From assembly GCA_021791675.1 (NCBI GenBank), contig JAJYWE010000001.1, forward strand, positions 79,526-143,525: a stretch of 64,000 nt of DNA. The letters are read 5' to 3'. The translations under genes were made by a program, and so were the position numbers. The notes beneath the pieces are model-generated. The model had not been told where the DNA came from. It made no database searches and saw nothing but the letters and a program-made list of their open reading frames with translations. Position 1 is the stretch's first letter, and every line of letters starts with the position of its first letter. The DNA comes from Actinomycetes bacterium. GTDB taxonomy: Bacteria > Actinomycetota > Acidimicrobiia > Acidimicrobiales > JAKAOS01. Positions 16,805 through 26,301 of this stretch are shown piece after piece.

Positions 16805-18138
16805 CAGTTCTCCTTCCCGCCGCAGCGCCGTAGCGCGGCGATCAACGCGTCCGCCCCCTCGTCTGCCTCGGCACCCGTGAGCGAGAGGGGTGGCGCGATC
16901 CGGAGCACGTTCCCGTACAGGCCCCCCTTGCCGATCAACAGCCCGTTGCGCCGGGCGGCCTCGAGCGCGGCGCCGGCGAGCACCGGGGAGGGTCGACCAG
17001 TCGCCGGGTCCACGAGCTCGACGGCGATCATGAGCCCTCGCCCCCGCACCTCGGCGACGATGTCGAGCTCGGCCTCGAGCGGGCGCAGCCGGGCCAGGAG
17101 CCGAGCCCCGACCGTCTCGGCGTTTGCCTGGAGGTGGTGGTCGAGCAGGTAGTTGAGCGTGGCGAGCGCCCCCGCCGTCGACAGCGGGTTGCCGCCGAAG
17201 GTCGAGATCGAGTTCACGCTGACGGCGTCCATCAGCTCGGCCCGCCCCGCGACCCCGCCAATGGCCAGGCCGTTGCCGAGCCCCTTGGCGAAGGTCATGA
17301 GGTCCGGGACCACCCCGTCGGCCTGCCAGCCCCAGAAGTGCGACCCCGTCCTTCCCCAGCCGGTCTGCACCTCGTCGCTGATGAAGGGAATCCCGTGTGC
17401 GCGGACGGCCCCGACGACCGTCGAGAGGAAGCCGGCCGGCGGGATCACGAAGCCCCCCACCCCCTGGATCGGCTCGGCGATGAGGCAGGCCACCTCCCCT
17501 GCCGTCGTCGTCGCAAGGACCTCTTCGACGTCGGCGGCGCAGGCCGCGAGGAAGGCCGAGTCGTCCATCCCGGCGAGCGCCCCGTGGCGTCGGTCCCCGT
17601 TGTGGAGGTAGCTCACCGAGAGCGGCGAGAACCCGGACGCCGACCACGAGCGGTTCCCGGTCACCGCTGTCGCGGCAAAGGAGCGGCCGTGGTAGCTGTT
17701 GCGGAGCGCGAGCACCTGGTTCGAACGCCGCGCCACCGCCGTCAGCAGGAGGGCTGCCTCGTTCGCCTCCGTGCCCGACGAGACGAAGAAGACCTTCGCC
17801 CCCTCGATCCCCGACAGCGCTGCGATGCGCTCGGCGAGCTCGATCATCGGCCGAATGAGGTACAGCGTCGAGGAGTGCAGGATCCGCCCGGCCTGCTCCT
17901 GCACCGCCGCGACTACTTCGGGGACGGCGTGACCGACCATCGTGGTGAGGATCCCGCCGAAGAAGTCGAGGTACTCCCGACCCTCGCCGTCAACGACCCG
18001 CCGCCCTGATCCCTGCACCAGCTCGATCGGTTCGTCGTAGTAGAGCGAGAGCCAGCTCGGCAGCACCGCGCGGTGGCGCTCGACCAGCGCAGCATGCACG
18101 CCCCGCGCGGTGGCTCCGCGCGCCTCGGTCACGGCCAT
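16804..18138 (-). CDS. class-III PLP aminotransferase (omega-amino acid/beta-alanine-pyruvate type)
   Basis: FFGGILTTMVGHA, SGTEANEAAL, DEVQTGWGRTG and the TFAKGLGNG PLP-Lys motif. GGAAGGAGAGG upstream of the ATG. Paired with mmsA. Confidence 0.88.
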   Translation of the reverse strand: MAVTEARGATARGVHAALVERHRAVLPSWLSLYYDEPIELVQGSGRRVVDGEGREYLDFFGGILTTMVGHAVPEVVAAVQEQAGRILHSSTLYLIRPMIELAERIAALSGIEGAKVFFVSSGTEANEAALLLTAVARRSNQVLALRNSYHGRSFAATAVTGNRSWSASGFSPLSVSYLHNGDRRHGALAGMDDSAFLAACAADVEEVLATTTAGEVACLIAEPIQGVGGFVIPPAGFLSTVVGAVRAHGIPFISDEVQTGWGRTGSHFWGWQADGVVPDLMTFAKGLGNGLAIGGVAGRAELMDAVSVNSISTFGGNPLSTAGALATLNYLLDHHLQANAETVGARLLARLRPLEAELDIVAEVRGRGLMIAVELVDPATGRPSPVLAGAALEAARRNGLLIGKGGLYGNVLRIAPPLSLTGAEADEGADALIAALRRCGGKEN

Positions 18139-18286
18139 GTCCTCTCCTTCCCGGCGCGGCCCCTCACCCCGGCGCCACGCAGATCACCTCGGCCCAGTGT
18201 CGCCGGTGGCGTTCCGGGTGGCAACCGCCGGCCGTCCAGAAGGGTGGGTCGCCGGATGGGGCTCTCGGTCCTCGAGGGCGATGCGC

Positions 18287-19360
18287 TCAGTCTTCGAGCG
18301 TGATGGGCGCGCCCTCGTCCGTCGGTGCCACACCAGCCGTTACGACGGGCGCCACGACCTGACGCACGCGCTCGTAGAGCTCGACCATCAGCTCCGGGCT
18401 CTCGGAGAGGAACGACTTGGCGTTCTCCCGCCCCTGACCGAGCTGCTCTCCCTCGTAGGTGTACCAGGCTCCCGACTTCTTCACGATGCCCGCGTCCACA
18501 GCCACGTCGAGCAACGAGCCCTCGCGGGAGATTCCTCGCCCGTACATGATGTCGAACTCACAGGTGCGGAAGGGCGGGGAGACCTTGTTCTTCACCACCT
18601 TCACCCGGGTCCGGTTCCCGACGATCTCGGCCCCGTCCTTGATCGACTCGATGCGACGGATGTCGAGACGGACGGAGGAGTAGAACTTGAGCGCCCTTCC
18701 CCCCGGCGTCACCTCCGGCGAGCCGTACATGACGCCGATCTTCTCGCGGAGCTGGTTGATGAAGATGGCGATGGTCGAGGACTTCGACAACGTCGCGGTC
18801 AACTTCCGCAGCGCCTGGGACATCAGGCGAGCCTGGAGCCCGACGTGTGAGTCGCCCATCTCGCCCTCGATCTCGGCGCGAGGCGTCAACGCAGCCACGG
18901 AGTCGATCACGACGACGTCGAGCGCACCCGACCTGATCAGCATGTCTGCGATCTCGAGGGCCTGCTCTCCAGTATCGGGTTGGGAGATCAGCAGCTCGTC
19001 GATGTCCACGCCGATGGCCTTGGCGTAGACCGGGTCCATGGCGTGCTCGGCGTCGATGTACGCGGCGATCCCGCCGGTGCGCTGCGCCTCGGCGACGACG
19101 TGCATCGCGAGGGTCGACTTCCCGGATGACTCGGGCCCGTAGATCTCCACCACTCTTCCGCGGGGGAGCCCGCCGACCCCGAGCGCGACGTCCAGTGCCA
19201 TCGCACCCGTCGAGATCGCCTCGATCACCATGTGGGTGTTCTCGCCCATCCGCATCACCGAGCCCTTGCCGAACTGCTTCTCGATCTGGCTGAGCGCCAT
19301 CTCGAGCGCCTTGTCTCGCTCCACCGCACTCCCTTTCTGCTCGTCAGTCCTTCTGGCCAT
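18287..19360 (-). CDS. recA: recombinase RecA (no intein)
   Basis: 357 aa with [22 protein letters not shown], Walker [12 protein letters not shown] and the rest of the protein colinear with RecA. The 520-aa track ORF is an upstream artefact. Confidence 0.97.
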   Translation of the reverse strand: MARRTDEQKGSAVERDKALEMALSQIEKQFGKGSVMRMGENTHMVIEAISTGAMALDVALGVGGLPRGRVVEIYGPESSGKSTLAMHVVAEAQRTGGIAAYIDAEHAMDPVYAKAIGVDIDELLISQPDTGEQALEIADMLIRSGALDVVVIDSVAALTPRAEIEGEMGDSHVGLQARLMSQALRKLTATLSKSSTIAIFINQLREKIGVMYGSPEVTPGGRALKFYSSVRLDIRRIESIKDGAEIVGNRTRVKVVKNKVSPPFRTCEFDIMYGRGISREGSLLDVAVDAGIVKKSGAWYTYEGEQLGQGRENAKSFLSESPELMVELYERVRQVVAPVVTAGVAPTDEGAPITLED

Positions 19361-19440
19361 CGGTTCTTCCCACTCGTCGCCTTCTCGCCGAGCGCTGCCG
19401 CTACACGGCCACCTGCACCACGGCCTCCAGCTCCCACAGG

Positions 19441-19462
19441 ACCCTACGAAAGGGGTACGACA
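19441..19462 (-). promoter_or_regulatory. RecA-NDp-like element, TGTCgtac-N8-TAGGGT, about 80 nt upstream of recA
   Basis: The minus strand reads TGTCGTAC CCCTTTCG TAGGGT. TGTC, the 8-nt spacing and TAnnnT fit the published tgtCagtg-N8-TAnnnT pattern, but only 4 of 8 upstream bases match. Confidence 0.3.
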
Positions 19463-19522
19463 CACTCGCTCCAGGCACTGCCCCGGCGCGAGCAAGAGAC
19501 GCGGGCCCCTTCGACTTCCACG

Positions 19523-19547
19523 AGTGTACTTCCGAACGTGCGTTCGG
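19523..19547 (-). promoter_or_regulatory. recA SOS box CCGAACGCACGTTCGG followed 3 nt later by -10 TACACT
   Basis: CGAAC-N4-GTTCG at 19533-19546, read on the minus strand, about 175 nt upstream of the recA ATG. It is also 88 nt upstream of the divergent CDF gene. Confidence 0.8.
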
Positions 19548-19634
19548 GTGGGGAGTGCAGCCGGCGCTCCCCACCTAGCGTGTTCTGCCTGTGGGAGCCC
19601 TGCCGTCTGCTCGCCCGCACCGCTCCCCACGCCG

Positions 19635-20615
19635 ATGACCCATCCGGACCGTCTCAGTCCCCTGACGGGCACCCGCCAGGCCCGTGTCGCGCTCCGGCAC
19701 ACGCTCTGGCTCAACGCGTGCGCAGCCGTGGTGAAGCTCGGTGCCTTTGCCCTCACCGGCGCCCCCGTCCTCGCCGCTGAGGGGTTGCACTCCCTGGCCG
19801 ACTGCGGCAACGAGCTCGTGCTGCTGCGCGGGATCGATGCGGCAGACACCGGGCCCTCTCCTCGCTACCCGCTCGGAAGGGAGCGGGTCCGCTTCGTCCG
19901 GGCCTTCGCCCTCGCCATCGTCGTGTTCGGGGCGGGAGCCGCAGGCACCTTTGCCGAAGCCACATACCGCATCCTCAACCCGAGCCACGTGCCGAACGTG
20001 ACACTGACCCTCGTCGCGCTGGCGGTCACGCTCGGGCTGGAGGGCTACTCGCTCGCCCACGCCGCCCGCCTGGCTCGCCCCGCGAAGGGAGACCGGAGCT
20101 GGCGGAGCTACCTCCGGGTTGCCTCGGAGCTCGAACTGCCGGTCGTCCTCCTCGAGGATGGTGCCAACGTCGTCGGGCTCACCCTCGCGATCCTCGGGGT
20201 GGTCGCCGCCTCGGCGACCGGGAGCCTGTTCCCCGAGACGGTTGCGAGCTACCTGGTCGGTGGACTGATCGCCGGGAACGCGCTCTTCCTCGGCATCGAG
20301 GCCAGCTCTCTCCTGGTCGGTGAGTCGGCCGAGGAGCAGATCGTCCGAGCCGTCACCGAAGCGGTGCGCGAGGCGGACGACCCCGGCGTTCCCGCCGCGG
20401 TCTCGGTCGTGCACCTCAACCCCTCGGAGCTCCTCGTGCTCGTGGAGCTCGACCTTCCCCAAGCCGGTGGGACTCCCTCCGTCGGACGGTGGTTCGCCGA
20501 GGTGACCGCTCGGGTGCAGGACGCCACGCCGCTCCGCGCGCGCACCGTTCTCCAGTTCCACACCCCGCCGGTCGCCCCCCTACCGCCGGCCCCTCAGGCC
20601 CCCTCGCCCGACTGA
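19635..20615 (+). CDS. cation diffusion facilitator (CDF) family metal efflux transporter
   Basis: TM-rich N-domain with [13 protein letters not shown] and [10 protein letters not shown] motifs and a C-terminal cytoplasmic domain. Start MTHPDRL at 19635. Confidence 0.8.
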   Translation: MTHPDRLSPLTGTRQARVALRHTLWLNACAAVVKLGAFALTGAPVLAAEGLHSLADCGNELVLLRGIDAADTGPSPRYPLGRERVRFVRAFALAIVVFGAGAAGTFAEATYRILNPSHVPNVTLTLVALAVTLGLEGYSLAHAARLARPAKGDRSWRSYLRVASELELPVVLLEDGANVVGLTLAILGVVAASATGSLFPETVASYLVGGLIAGNALFLGIEASSLLVGESAEEQIVRAVTEAVREADDPGVPAAVSVVHLNPSELLVLVELDLPQAGGTPSVGRWFAEVTARVQDATPLRARTVLQFHTPPVAPLPPAPQAPSPD

Positions 20616-21919
20616 GCCCCCGCCGCAGCGGGCTCGCGGGGCGAGGCCGTGGAGCCTGCGAGGCGCTCGAGGTGACGGCGGAGCCAGTCGAGAGCGGAGA
20701 GCGCGGCCAGCTGCCGGACGGTCTCCCGGTCGCCGGGGAGCCGGAGCGCCCGCGAGGCAGGACGGTCGAGCCCGGTGCCCGCCATGCCGAGGAAGACCGT
20801 GCCGACCGGCTGACCCTCCTCGGTCTTCGGACCTGCGACCCCCGTGAGGGCCAGGCCGAGGTCCGCGTGGAGCGCGCGGACGGCGCCGGCAGCCATGTGC
20901 GCTGCGGCGGACGCCGACACGACCGGCCCGGGCGGGACACCCAGCAGGTCCCGCTTGACCGCGGCATCGTAGGCCACGACCCCTCCTGCGAAGAACCTGC
21001 TCGCACCGGGTACGCCGACGAGGCGTGCGGCGACCAGGCCCCCGGTGAGCGACTCCGCCAGCGCGAGCCGGAGGGCGAGCTGCGAGAGCCGGCCCGCGAC
21101 GACCGACTCGACCGTCTCGTCTCCCGAGCCGAAGACCGCGCGACCGAGCGCCGCGCGCACCGTCGCCTCGGCGGCATCGAGCTCCTCCGACACCGCTGCC
21201 GCCGTCACGCCCCGGGCACGGAGGCGGACCTGGACCCCTCGCTGCTCGCTCGCGAGGAAGCCGATCTCGACCCCGGGGCGGGCGGTCCCCTGGTCCGGGC
21301 GGTCCCCCAGGTGGCGCAGGACACGCTCGGCGACCTCGGCCTCCGAGATGCCCCAGGTCGACAGGGTACGCGTGCCAACTGCCGAGGGCCCGTCCAGCGA
21401 GCCGGACGTCGAGACCAGCTCGGGGAGGACCGCCCGGGTGAAGACCTCGCGGCACTCCCGGGGGACGCCCGGAACGGCGTAGACGACCCGCTCGCCCACC
21501 GGGCAGCGCAGGCCGGGTGCGGTGCCGAACGGGTTCTCGAGCGGGCGAGCACCCCCGGGAACCTCGGCCTGGCGGGCGTTGCTCGGGGGCATCGGCTGCC
21601 CTCGGCCGGCGAAGGCCGCCTCGAGGGCCGCCAGCAACGCCGGATCGCGCCGGAGCGCTGTCCCCATGACACCGGCGAGCGCCTCGCGGGTCACGTCGTC
21701 CGCCGTCGGCCCGAGGCCGCCGCACACGACGACGGCGTCGCTGCGCTCGAGCGCGACGCGCAACGCCGCCGCAATTCGGTGCGCGTCGTCGTCCACGTGG
21801 GCGTGGAAGCGGCACTCGATGCCCGCGGCCGCGAGCTGGCGCGAGAGCCAGGCGGAGTTGGTGTCGACGACGTCACCGAGCACGAGCTCGGAGCCGACCG
21901 CGACGACCTCGACCCGCAT
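20594..21919 (-). CDS. cinA: competence/damage-inducible protein CinA (MoCF-like domain + nicotinamide-nucleotide amidohydrolase PncC domain)
   Basis: MRVEVVAVGSELVLGDVVDTNSAWLSRQLAAAGIE...VVVCGGLGPTADDVTREALA, plus a C-terminal AESLTGGLVAARL PncC motif. Confidence 0.9.
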   Translation of the reverse strand: MRVEVVAVGSELVLGDVVDTNSAWLSRQLAAAGIECRFHAHVDDDAHRIAAALRVALERSDAVVVCGGLGPTADDVTREALAGVMGTALRRDPALLAALEAAFAGRGQPMPPSNARQAEVPGGARPLENPFGTAPGLRCPVGERVVYAVPGVPRECREVFTRAVLPELVSTSGSLDGPSAVGTRTLSTWGISEAEVAERVLRHLGDRPDQGTARPGVEIGFLASEQRGVQVRLRARGVTAAAVSEELDAAEATVRAALGRAVFGSGDETVESVVAGRLSQLALRLALAESLTGGLVAARLVGVPGASRFFAGGVVAYDAAVKRDLLGVPPGPVVSASAAAHMAAGAVRALHADLGLALTGVAGPKTEEGQPVGTVFLGMAGTGLDRPASRALRLPGDRETVRQLAALSALDWLRRHLERLAGSTASPREPAAAGAQSGEGA

Positions 21920-21928
21920 GGGCGTTCC

Positions 21929-22474
21929 TCAGGCAGCCGGGCGGAGCGCGTAACCCAGCCCGCTCGCCAGGGTGAGCGCCACGGCAGCCCAGACGAGCAC
22001 GAGCACCACCCCGTGGTGGAAGGCGACCACACCAGGGATGAGCGCCACGGTCACGGTGACATCCTGCGCGAGCGTCTTCAGCTTCGCGAGCGGCCGAGCT
22101 GGCAGCGAGCGCCCGCGCCGCCCCGCGTAGGAGCGGTACACGCTCACCCCCACCTCGCGTGCCGCGATCAGCCCGACCGGGAGCCACGGCAGCACATGCC
22201 GGGCAGCAAGTGCCGCAAGCGCCCCGAGAACCAGCAGCTTGTCGGCAAGAGGGTCGAGAAAGGCTCCTGACCGGGTCGTACCCTGACGCCGGGCGATCCA
22301 GCCGTCCAGCCCGTCACTGCCCGCCAGGGCAACCCACGCCGCTGCGATCCCCCACCCGTCACCACGCGCGGCGATCCACACCATGAGCAGCGGCGCCAGG
22401 AGCAGCCGGAGGAGGGTGAGGGCGTTCGCCGGGGTCGCGAGTGCGCTCGGCCCGAACGTGCGGGTCTCCGCCAC
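21929..22474 (-). CDS. pgsA: CDP-diacylglycerol--glycerol-3-phosphate 3-phosphatidyltransferase
   Basis: CDP-alcohol phosphotransferase motif DGLDGWIARRQGTTRSGAFLDPLADK. GTG 22474 overlaps the rimO TAG by 1 nt. Confidence 0.88.
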   Translation of the reverse strand: MAETRTFGPSALATPANALTLLRLLLAPLLMVWIAARGDGWGIAAAWVALAGSDGLDGWIARRQGTTRSGAFLDPLADKLLVLGALAALAARHVLPWLPVGLIAAREVGVSVYRSYAGRRGRSLPARPLAKLKTLAQDVTVTVALIPGVVAFHHGVVLVLVWAAVALTLASGLGYALRPAA

Positions 22475-23820
22475 TACCCGACGGCCCCGACCGGGACGGC
22501 CTCGAGATCCGGGCCGGCGCTCCCCACCACCCGCACGTGGTGTCGCGTCCCGACGGCCAGGTGGGCCGGGACCTCGACCACGCCATCGATCTCGGGTGCC
22601 TCGCGAAACGATCGCGCGATGCCAGGCTCGTCCACGAGGACCTCGATCGTGGAGCCGACCAGGGCGCGACGTCGGTCCTCCGTCACCGACTCCTGCAGCG
22701 CGGCACACTCGGCGAGCCGCTCTGCCACGAGCTCTGGCGGCGGTGCGCCGGGGAGCCCGGCCGCATGGGTCCCCGGTTCTCGCGACCACGCGAAGAACCC
22801 CGCCCAGTCCAGCTCGGCAGCCTGCAGGAACTCGAGCAGGCCGTCGTGGTCCGCTTCCGTCTCACCTGGGTAGCCGACGATGAAGGACGAGCGCAGCGCC
22901 GCACCCGGTGCCCGCTCCCGTATGGCGGCGATCCGCTCCAGGAACTTCTCGGCGTCGCCGAACCTGCGCATCGCCCGCAGGAGCGGTCGCGACGCGTGCT
23001 GGAGCGAGAGGTCGAAGTACGGGATCGGGCTCGCCGCGACCGCGTCGAGCAGCCGGTCCGTGAGGGCCGAGGGGTAGAGGTAGAGCAGCCGGACCCAGGG
23101 AACCCGTTCGGAGACGGCTTCGTAGAGCGCGACGAGGTCCGGAGCACCCGCTCCTCGCGCTGCCCGCCGGTCGCGCCCCCAGGAGGCGATGTCCTGGGCG
23201 ACCAGCACCACCTCGGAAACCCCTTGGGAGCCGGCGCCCTCGTCGGGCTCGGCGAGCCGGTTGACCTCCTCGAGGATCACCTCGAGGCGCCGCGAGCGTT
23301 GCGGACCGCGAAAGGACGGGATCGCGCAGAACCCGCACGCCCGGTCGCAGCCCTCTGCCACCTTGACGTAGGCCCACGGAGCCGACGCGGGCGGGCGGGG
23401 CAGTTCGAGCAGGTCGAGCGCCGGGCGCTCTCGGAGCACGACGGGCGAGGAAGCCGACGCCTCGGCCTGCCCGCTCGGCGGTCCTGCGAACCAGGAGGGA
23501 TCGAGGAGCGGCCCCCCGAAGGGGACGACCCGATCGACCTCGGGTAGGGCGGACACGAGCTCTGCACCGGAACGCGTCGCGAGGCAGCCGGTCACCACGA
23601 GGTGGGCGCCGGGTCGCCTCGCGCCAGCGAGAGCCAGGATGGTCTCGATCGACTCCGCCCGCGCCGCCTCGATGAAGGCACAGGTGTTCACCACGACGAC
23701 GTCGGCCTCCTCCGGGGTGGGGGCCGCCACGAGGCCGTCGGCGGCGAGCACCCCCTCGAGCTTGTCCGAGTCGACCTGGTTCTTCGGGCAGCCGAGCGTC
23801 TCCATCCAGTAGGCGCTCAC
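22474..23820 (-). CDS. rimO: ribosomal protein S12 methylthiotransferase RimO
   Basis: METLGCPKNQVDSDKL, radical-SAM CDRACGFC and a C-terminal TRAM domain. The start (GTG 23820 or ATG 23805) is uncertain. Confidence 0.9.
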   Translation of the reverse strand: MSAYWMETLGCPKNQVDSDKLEGVLAADGLVAAPTPEEADVVVVNTCAFIEAARAESIETILALAGARRPGAHLVVTGCLATRSGAELVSALPEVDRVVPFGGPLLDPSWFAGPPSGQAEASASSPVVLRERPALDLLELPRPPASAPWAYVKVAEGCDRACGFCAIPSFRGPQRSRRLEVILEEVNRLAEPDEGAGSQGVSEVVLVAQDIASWGRDRRAARGAGAPDLVALYEAVSERVPWVRLLYLYPSALTDRLLDAVAASPIPYFDLSLQHASRPLLRAMRRFGDAEKFLERIAAIRERAPGAALRSSFIVGYPGETEADHDGLLEFLQAAELDWAGFFAWSREPGTHAAGLPGAPPPELVAERLAECAALQESVTEDRRRALVGSTIEVLVDEPGIARSFREAPEIDGVVEVPAHLAVGTRHHVRVVGSAGPDLEAVPVGAVG

Positions 23821-23854
23821 CTCGGAAAGCGTAGCCCCGGCGCTCCCCCGCGCC

Positions 23855-24739
23855 CTATGCCTCCCGGTCCGGATGGCGCACCACGAGTCCGGCGTGGTCG
23901 GGGTCGAGCTCCCGAACTGTGCCGGGGAGCCCCAGGCGCGCGAGCGCCGCCGTCGCTCCGGCGACGACGGCGTCTCGGGTTGACTCGGTGGTGACGGCAA
24001 GCACGCTCGGGCCCGCCCCGGACCAGCACGCGCCGAGTGCGCCCGCGCTCGTCATCGCCGAGATGAGCGGCGCTGCCTCCGGGTAGAGCCCGGCCCGCGC
24101 GTCCTGGTGGAGGCGGTCCTGGAAGGCGGTCGGATCGAGCTGGGAGGCGTCGCCGAGCCCGGCGAGCAACGCAGCCATCCGGCCGAGGTTGAACGTGGCA
24201 ACGGCGCGGTCGACCACCGGGGGCAGGACGGCCCGGGCCGCCTCGGTCTCGAGCTCCCGGTCCGGCACGACGACGAGGAAGCGGAGTGCGGGGTCGAGCG
24301 GATGTCGCGCGACGCGGATCCTCCCGCCGTCGAGCGTCGCGCTCACGAGTCCACCGGCAGCGGAGGCTGCGACGTTCTCCACGTGCCCCTCGACCCCCGC
24401 AGCAACCGCGAGCGGATCGCTCGCGCCCGCGGCCGCGGCGGCCGCGAGCGCGAGTGCTCCGGAGGATCCGAGCCCCCGCGCCGGCGGGATGTCACTTCGG
24501 ACCGTGATCGCGAGCCGATCGTGGCCGGCCACGGCACAGGCGACCCGAGCGGCGAGATGCGTCGCGCCGGCCGCGAGAGCGGACCCCTCGCCGGTGCACC
24601 GGACCGAGAGCGACGCTGCCGGTTCGACGCCGACCTCGACGTAGAGGGACCACGCGAGCGCGAGCACGTCGAAGCCCGGACCGAGGTTCGCCGACGATGC
24701 CGGAGCACGAGCCCAGCGCAGCCCCGACCCGTCGCTCAC
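23855..24739 (-). CDS. thrB: homoserine kinase (GHMP kinase)
   Basis: ASSANLGPGFDVLALA and the GHMP motif PPARGLGSSGALALAAA. GTG 24739 forms a GTGA overlap with the upstream carboxypeptidase stop. Confidence 0.85.
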   Translation of the reverse strand: MSDGSGLRWARAPASSANLGPGFDVLALAWSLYVEVGVEPAASLSVRCTGEGSALAAGATHLAARVACAVAGHDRLAITVRSDIPPARGLGSSGALALAAAAAAGASDPLAVAAGVEGHVENVAASAAGGLVSATLDGGRIRVARHPLDPALRFLVVVPDRELETEAARAVLPPVVDRAVATFNLGRMAALLAGLGDASQLDPTAFQDRLHQDARAGLYPEAAPLISAMTSAGALGACWSGAGPSVLAVTTESTRDAVVAGATAALARLGLPGTVRELDPDHAGLVVRHPDREA

Positions 24740-26214
24740 CTGAGCAGCCGCCACCGGAGCGTCGGGGGGTCCAGACGGGCAGCCGTGACCAGGGGTACCC
24801 GCCGGGTCAGCGTCCCGAGTGTCGCGAGCAGCGTCCCGACTCGGGTGCCCGCTGCGACTGGCGCCTTCGGCAGTGCGGCGGGCAGGACCCGGATGTCGAC
24901 CGCCTCGCCCGGGAAGCCCACGAAGGTCGCCGAGGCCGTCGCCCGCACGGGCACCGTCACTCCCCACGCCGAGCTCACCGCACCGACGACGGTGCCGGCG
25001 TGGACCACGGTCGCGCTGCGGGCGAGCCCCCTCGCGGCGGTGATGAGAGCTGAGCCGTCGTCGAGCGCCGCCTGCACGATGCTCGTGTGGCTCTGGGCCC
25101 CGAAGACCGCCGCGTAGACGAGCTCCTTGCGTCCGTCGACCCGGGCGTCCGCAGCGGCGACGAAACACCCCCCCGCCGGTCCGTCGGAGCCTGTCTTCAC
25201 ACCGACGATTCCGTTCCGGCCCAGGTCGTAGTTGTAGTTGTACAGGACCTTCTTGTTGTCGGGGAGTGTGACACCGCCGAAGCCGACGATCGCGGCGAAG
25301 ATCGGGTTGCGCATCGCCAGCTCGGCGAGACGGATCTGGTCGGCGGGCGTGCTGACCGTCGTGGCATCCAACCCGCTCACGTCGGCGTAGTGGGTGTGGT
25401 GGAGCCCGAGCTTCGCTGCCTCGGCGTTCATCTTCGCGACGAACGCCGCCTCGCTGCCCGCGTCCCAGTCCGCCAGCAGGACCGCGATGTTGTCCGCCGA
25501 CGGCACGAGCAGAGCCTCGAGTGCCTGGACCTCGGTGAGGGTCTCCCTGGGCACCACTGCGACGACCGAGTCGTTGACGGCCTTCTCCGCCTGGTAGAGC
25601 GACACCGCTGCGGTGGTCACAGGGATCGAGGGACCCGGCTGGTACGGCTGCAGCGGGTGGTCCTGGAGGATGACGTAGGCGACCATGACCTTCGTGACGC
25701 TCGCGATCGGGACCGGCCGCGAGGCGCCAGGGCTCTCGAGCATCCCGACGCCGGGGACGTCCAGCGCGGCAACACCCGTCTTCGGCCAGGGGATCGCCGG
25801 GACCGTGCCCGGCAGGTGGGCGCTGCCCGCCACGTGGAGCGTCAGGACAGGGCGTGGCACGGGCCTGCTCAGCTGGACGCCAGCGGCTATCCCCGCCGCG
25901 ACCGCCAGCACCACGACCACGATCAAGAGCCGCACGACGACCCGTCCGGCGGTCGCCAGGGGGGAGCGGTGCGTGCGGCCGCGCCGGCGAGAGCGACGCC
26001 CCGCCGAGAGCGCCTCGAGCCCGCCGAGCGCGCTCGGTGACGGACCCGCAGTCGACACCGGCGCGCTGCGACGGGGCGGCCCCTCGACGCGCTGCCGGTT
26101 GGCCCCGTCCGGCGCTCCTGGCTGGTGCCGGCGGCGGCTCGCCTCCTCGGGGTCCACCCGACGGACGCCCCCGGGGCCCGGCCGCGACTGCTGCTCGTCA
26201 TCCATTCCCGTCAC
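24736..26214 (-). CDS. D-alanyl-D-alanine carboxypeptidase (serine peptidase S11, low-MW PBP) with a disordered cytoplasmic N-terminus and a TM anchor
   Basis: SxxK motif IASVTKVM, an SAD (SxN-like) motif and a KTG motif (VGVKTGS). TM segment VVVRLLIVVVVLAVAAGIAAGV. Confidence 0.85.
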   Translation of the reverse strand: MTGMDDEQQSRPGPGGVRRVDPEEASRRRHQPGAPDGANRQRVEGPPRRSAPVSTAGPSPSALGGLEALSAGRRSRRRGRTHRSPLATAGRVVVRLLIVVVVLAVAAGIAAGVQLSRPVPRPVLTLHVAGSAHLPGTVPAIPWPKTGVAALDVPGVGMLESPGASRPVPIASVTKVMVAYVILQDHPLQPYQPGPSIPVTTAAVSLYQAEKAVNDSVVAVVPRETLTEVQALEALLVPSADNIAVLLADWDAGSEAAFVAKMNAEAAKLGLHHTHYADVSGLDATTVSTPADQIRLAELAMRNPIFAAIVGFGGVTLPDNKKVLYNYNYDLGRNGIVGVKTGSDGPAGGCFVAAADARVDGRKELVYAAVFGAQSHTSIVQAALDDGSALITAARGLARSATVVHAGTVVGAVSSAWGVTVPVRATASATFVGFPGEAVDIRVLPAALPKAPVAAGTRVGTLLATLGTLTRRVPLVTAARLDPPTLRWRLLR

Positions 26215-26301
26215 GAACTCCCTACCTCGCTACGCCAACGACCTTCGTCGCGCCCATCCCTCACGCCATGCGCCCCCCGGGTCGCGCCCCGCCAACCCGT
26301 C

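Noticed and set aside
14342-17152. 936-aa plus-strand ORF, the longest plus-strand ORF in the supplied track.
   Set aside because: It runs antisense to miaB, mmsA and the aminotransferase, all of which have unmistakable family motifs. Its product is an Arg/Gly/Pro/His/Asp-rich string with no motif. This is the typical stop-free shadow frame of very GC-rich DNA.
17718-17726. GGTTCGAAC, resembling a tRNA T-arm.
   Set aside because: It lies inside the aminotransferase CDS, with no acceptor or anticodon stems around it. I found no other tRNA-like T-loop signatures in intergenic regions.
19361-19849. N-terminal 163-aa extension of the RecA ORF. The same kind of upstream extension occurs on ispG, dapA, nusA, rimP, frr, mmsA, pgsA and thrB.
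   Set aside because: The conserved family N-termini begin at internal ATG/GTG codons that have Shine-Dalgarno sequences or stop/start overlaps. The extensions cross promoters or SOS boxes, or overlap upstream genes.
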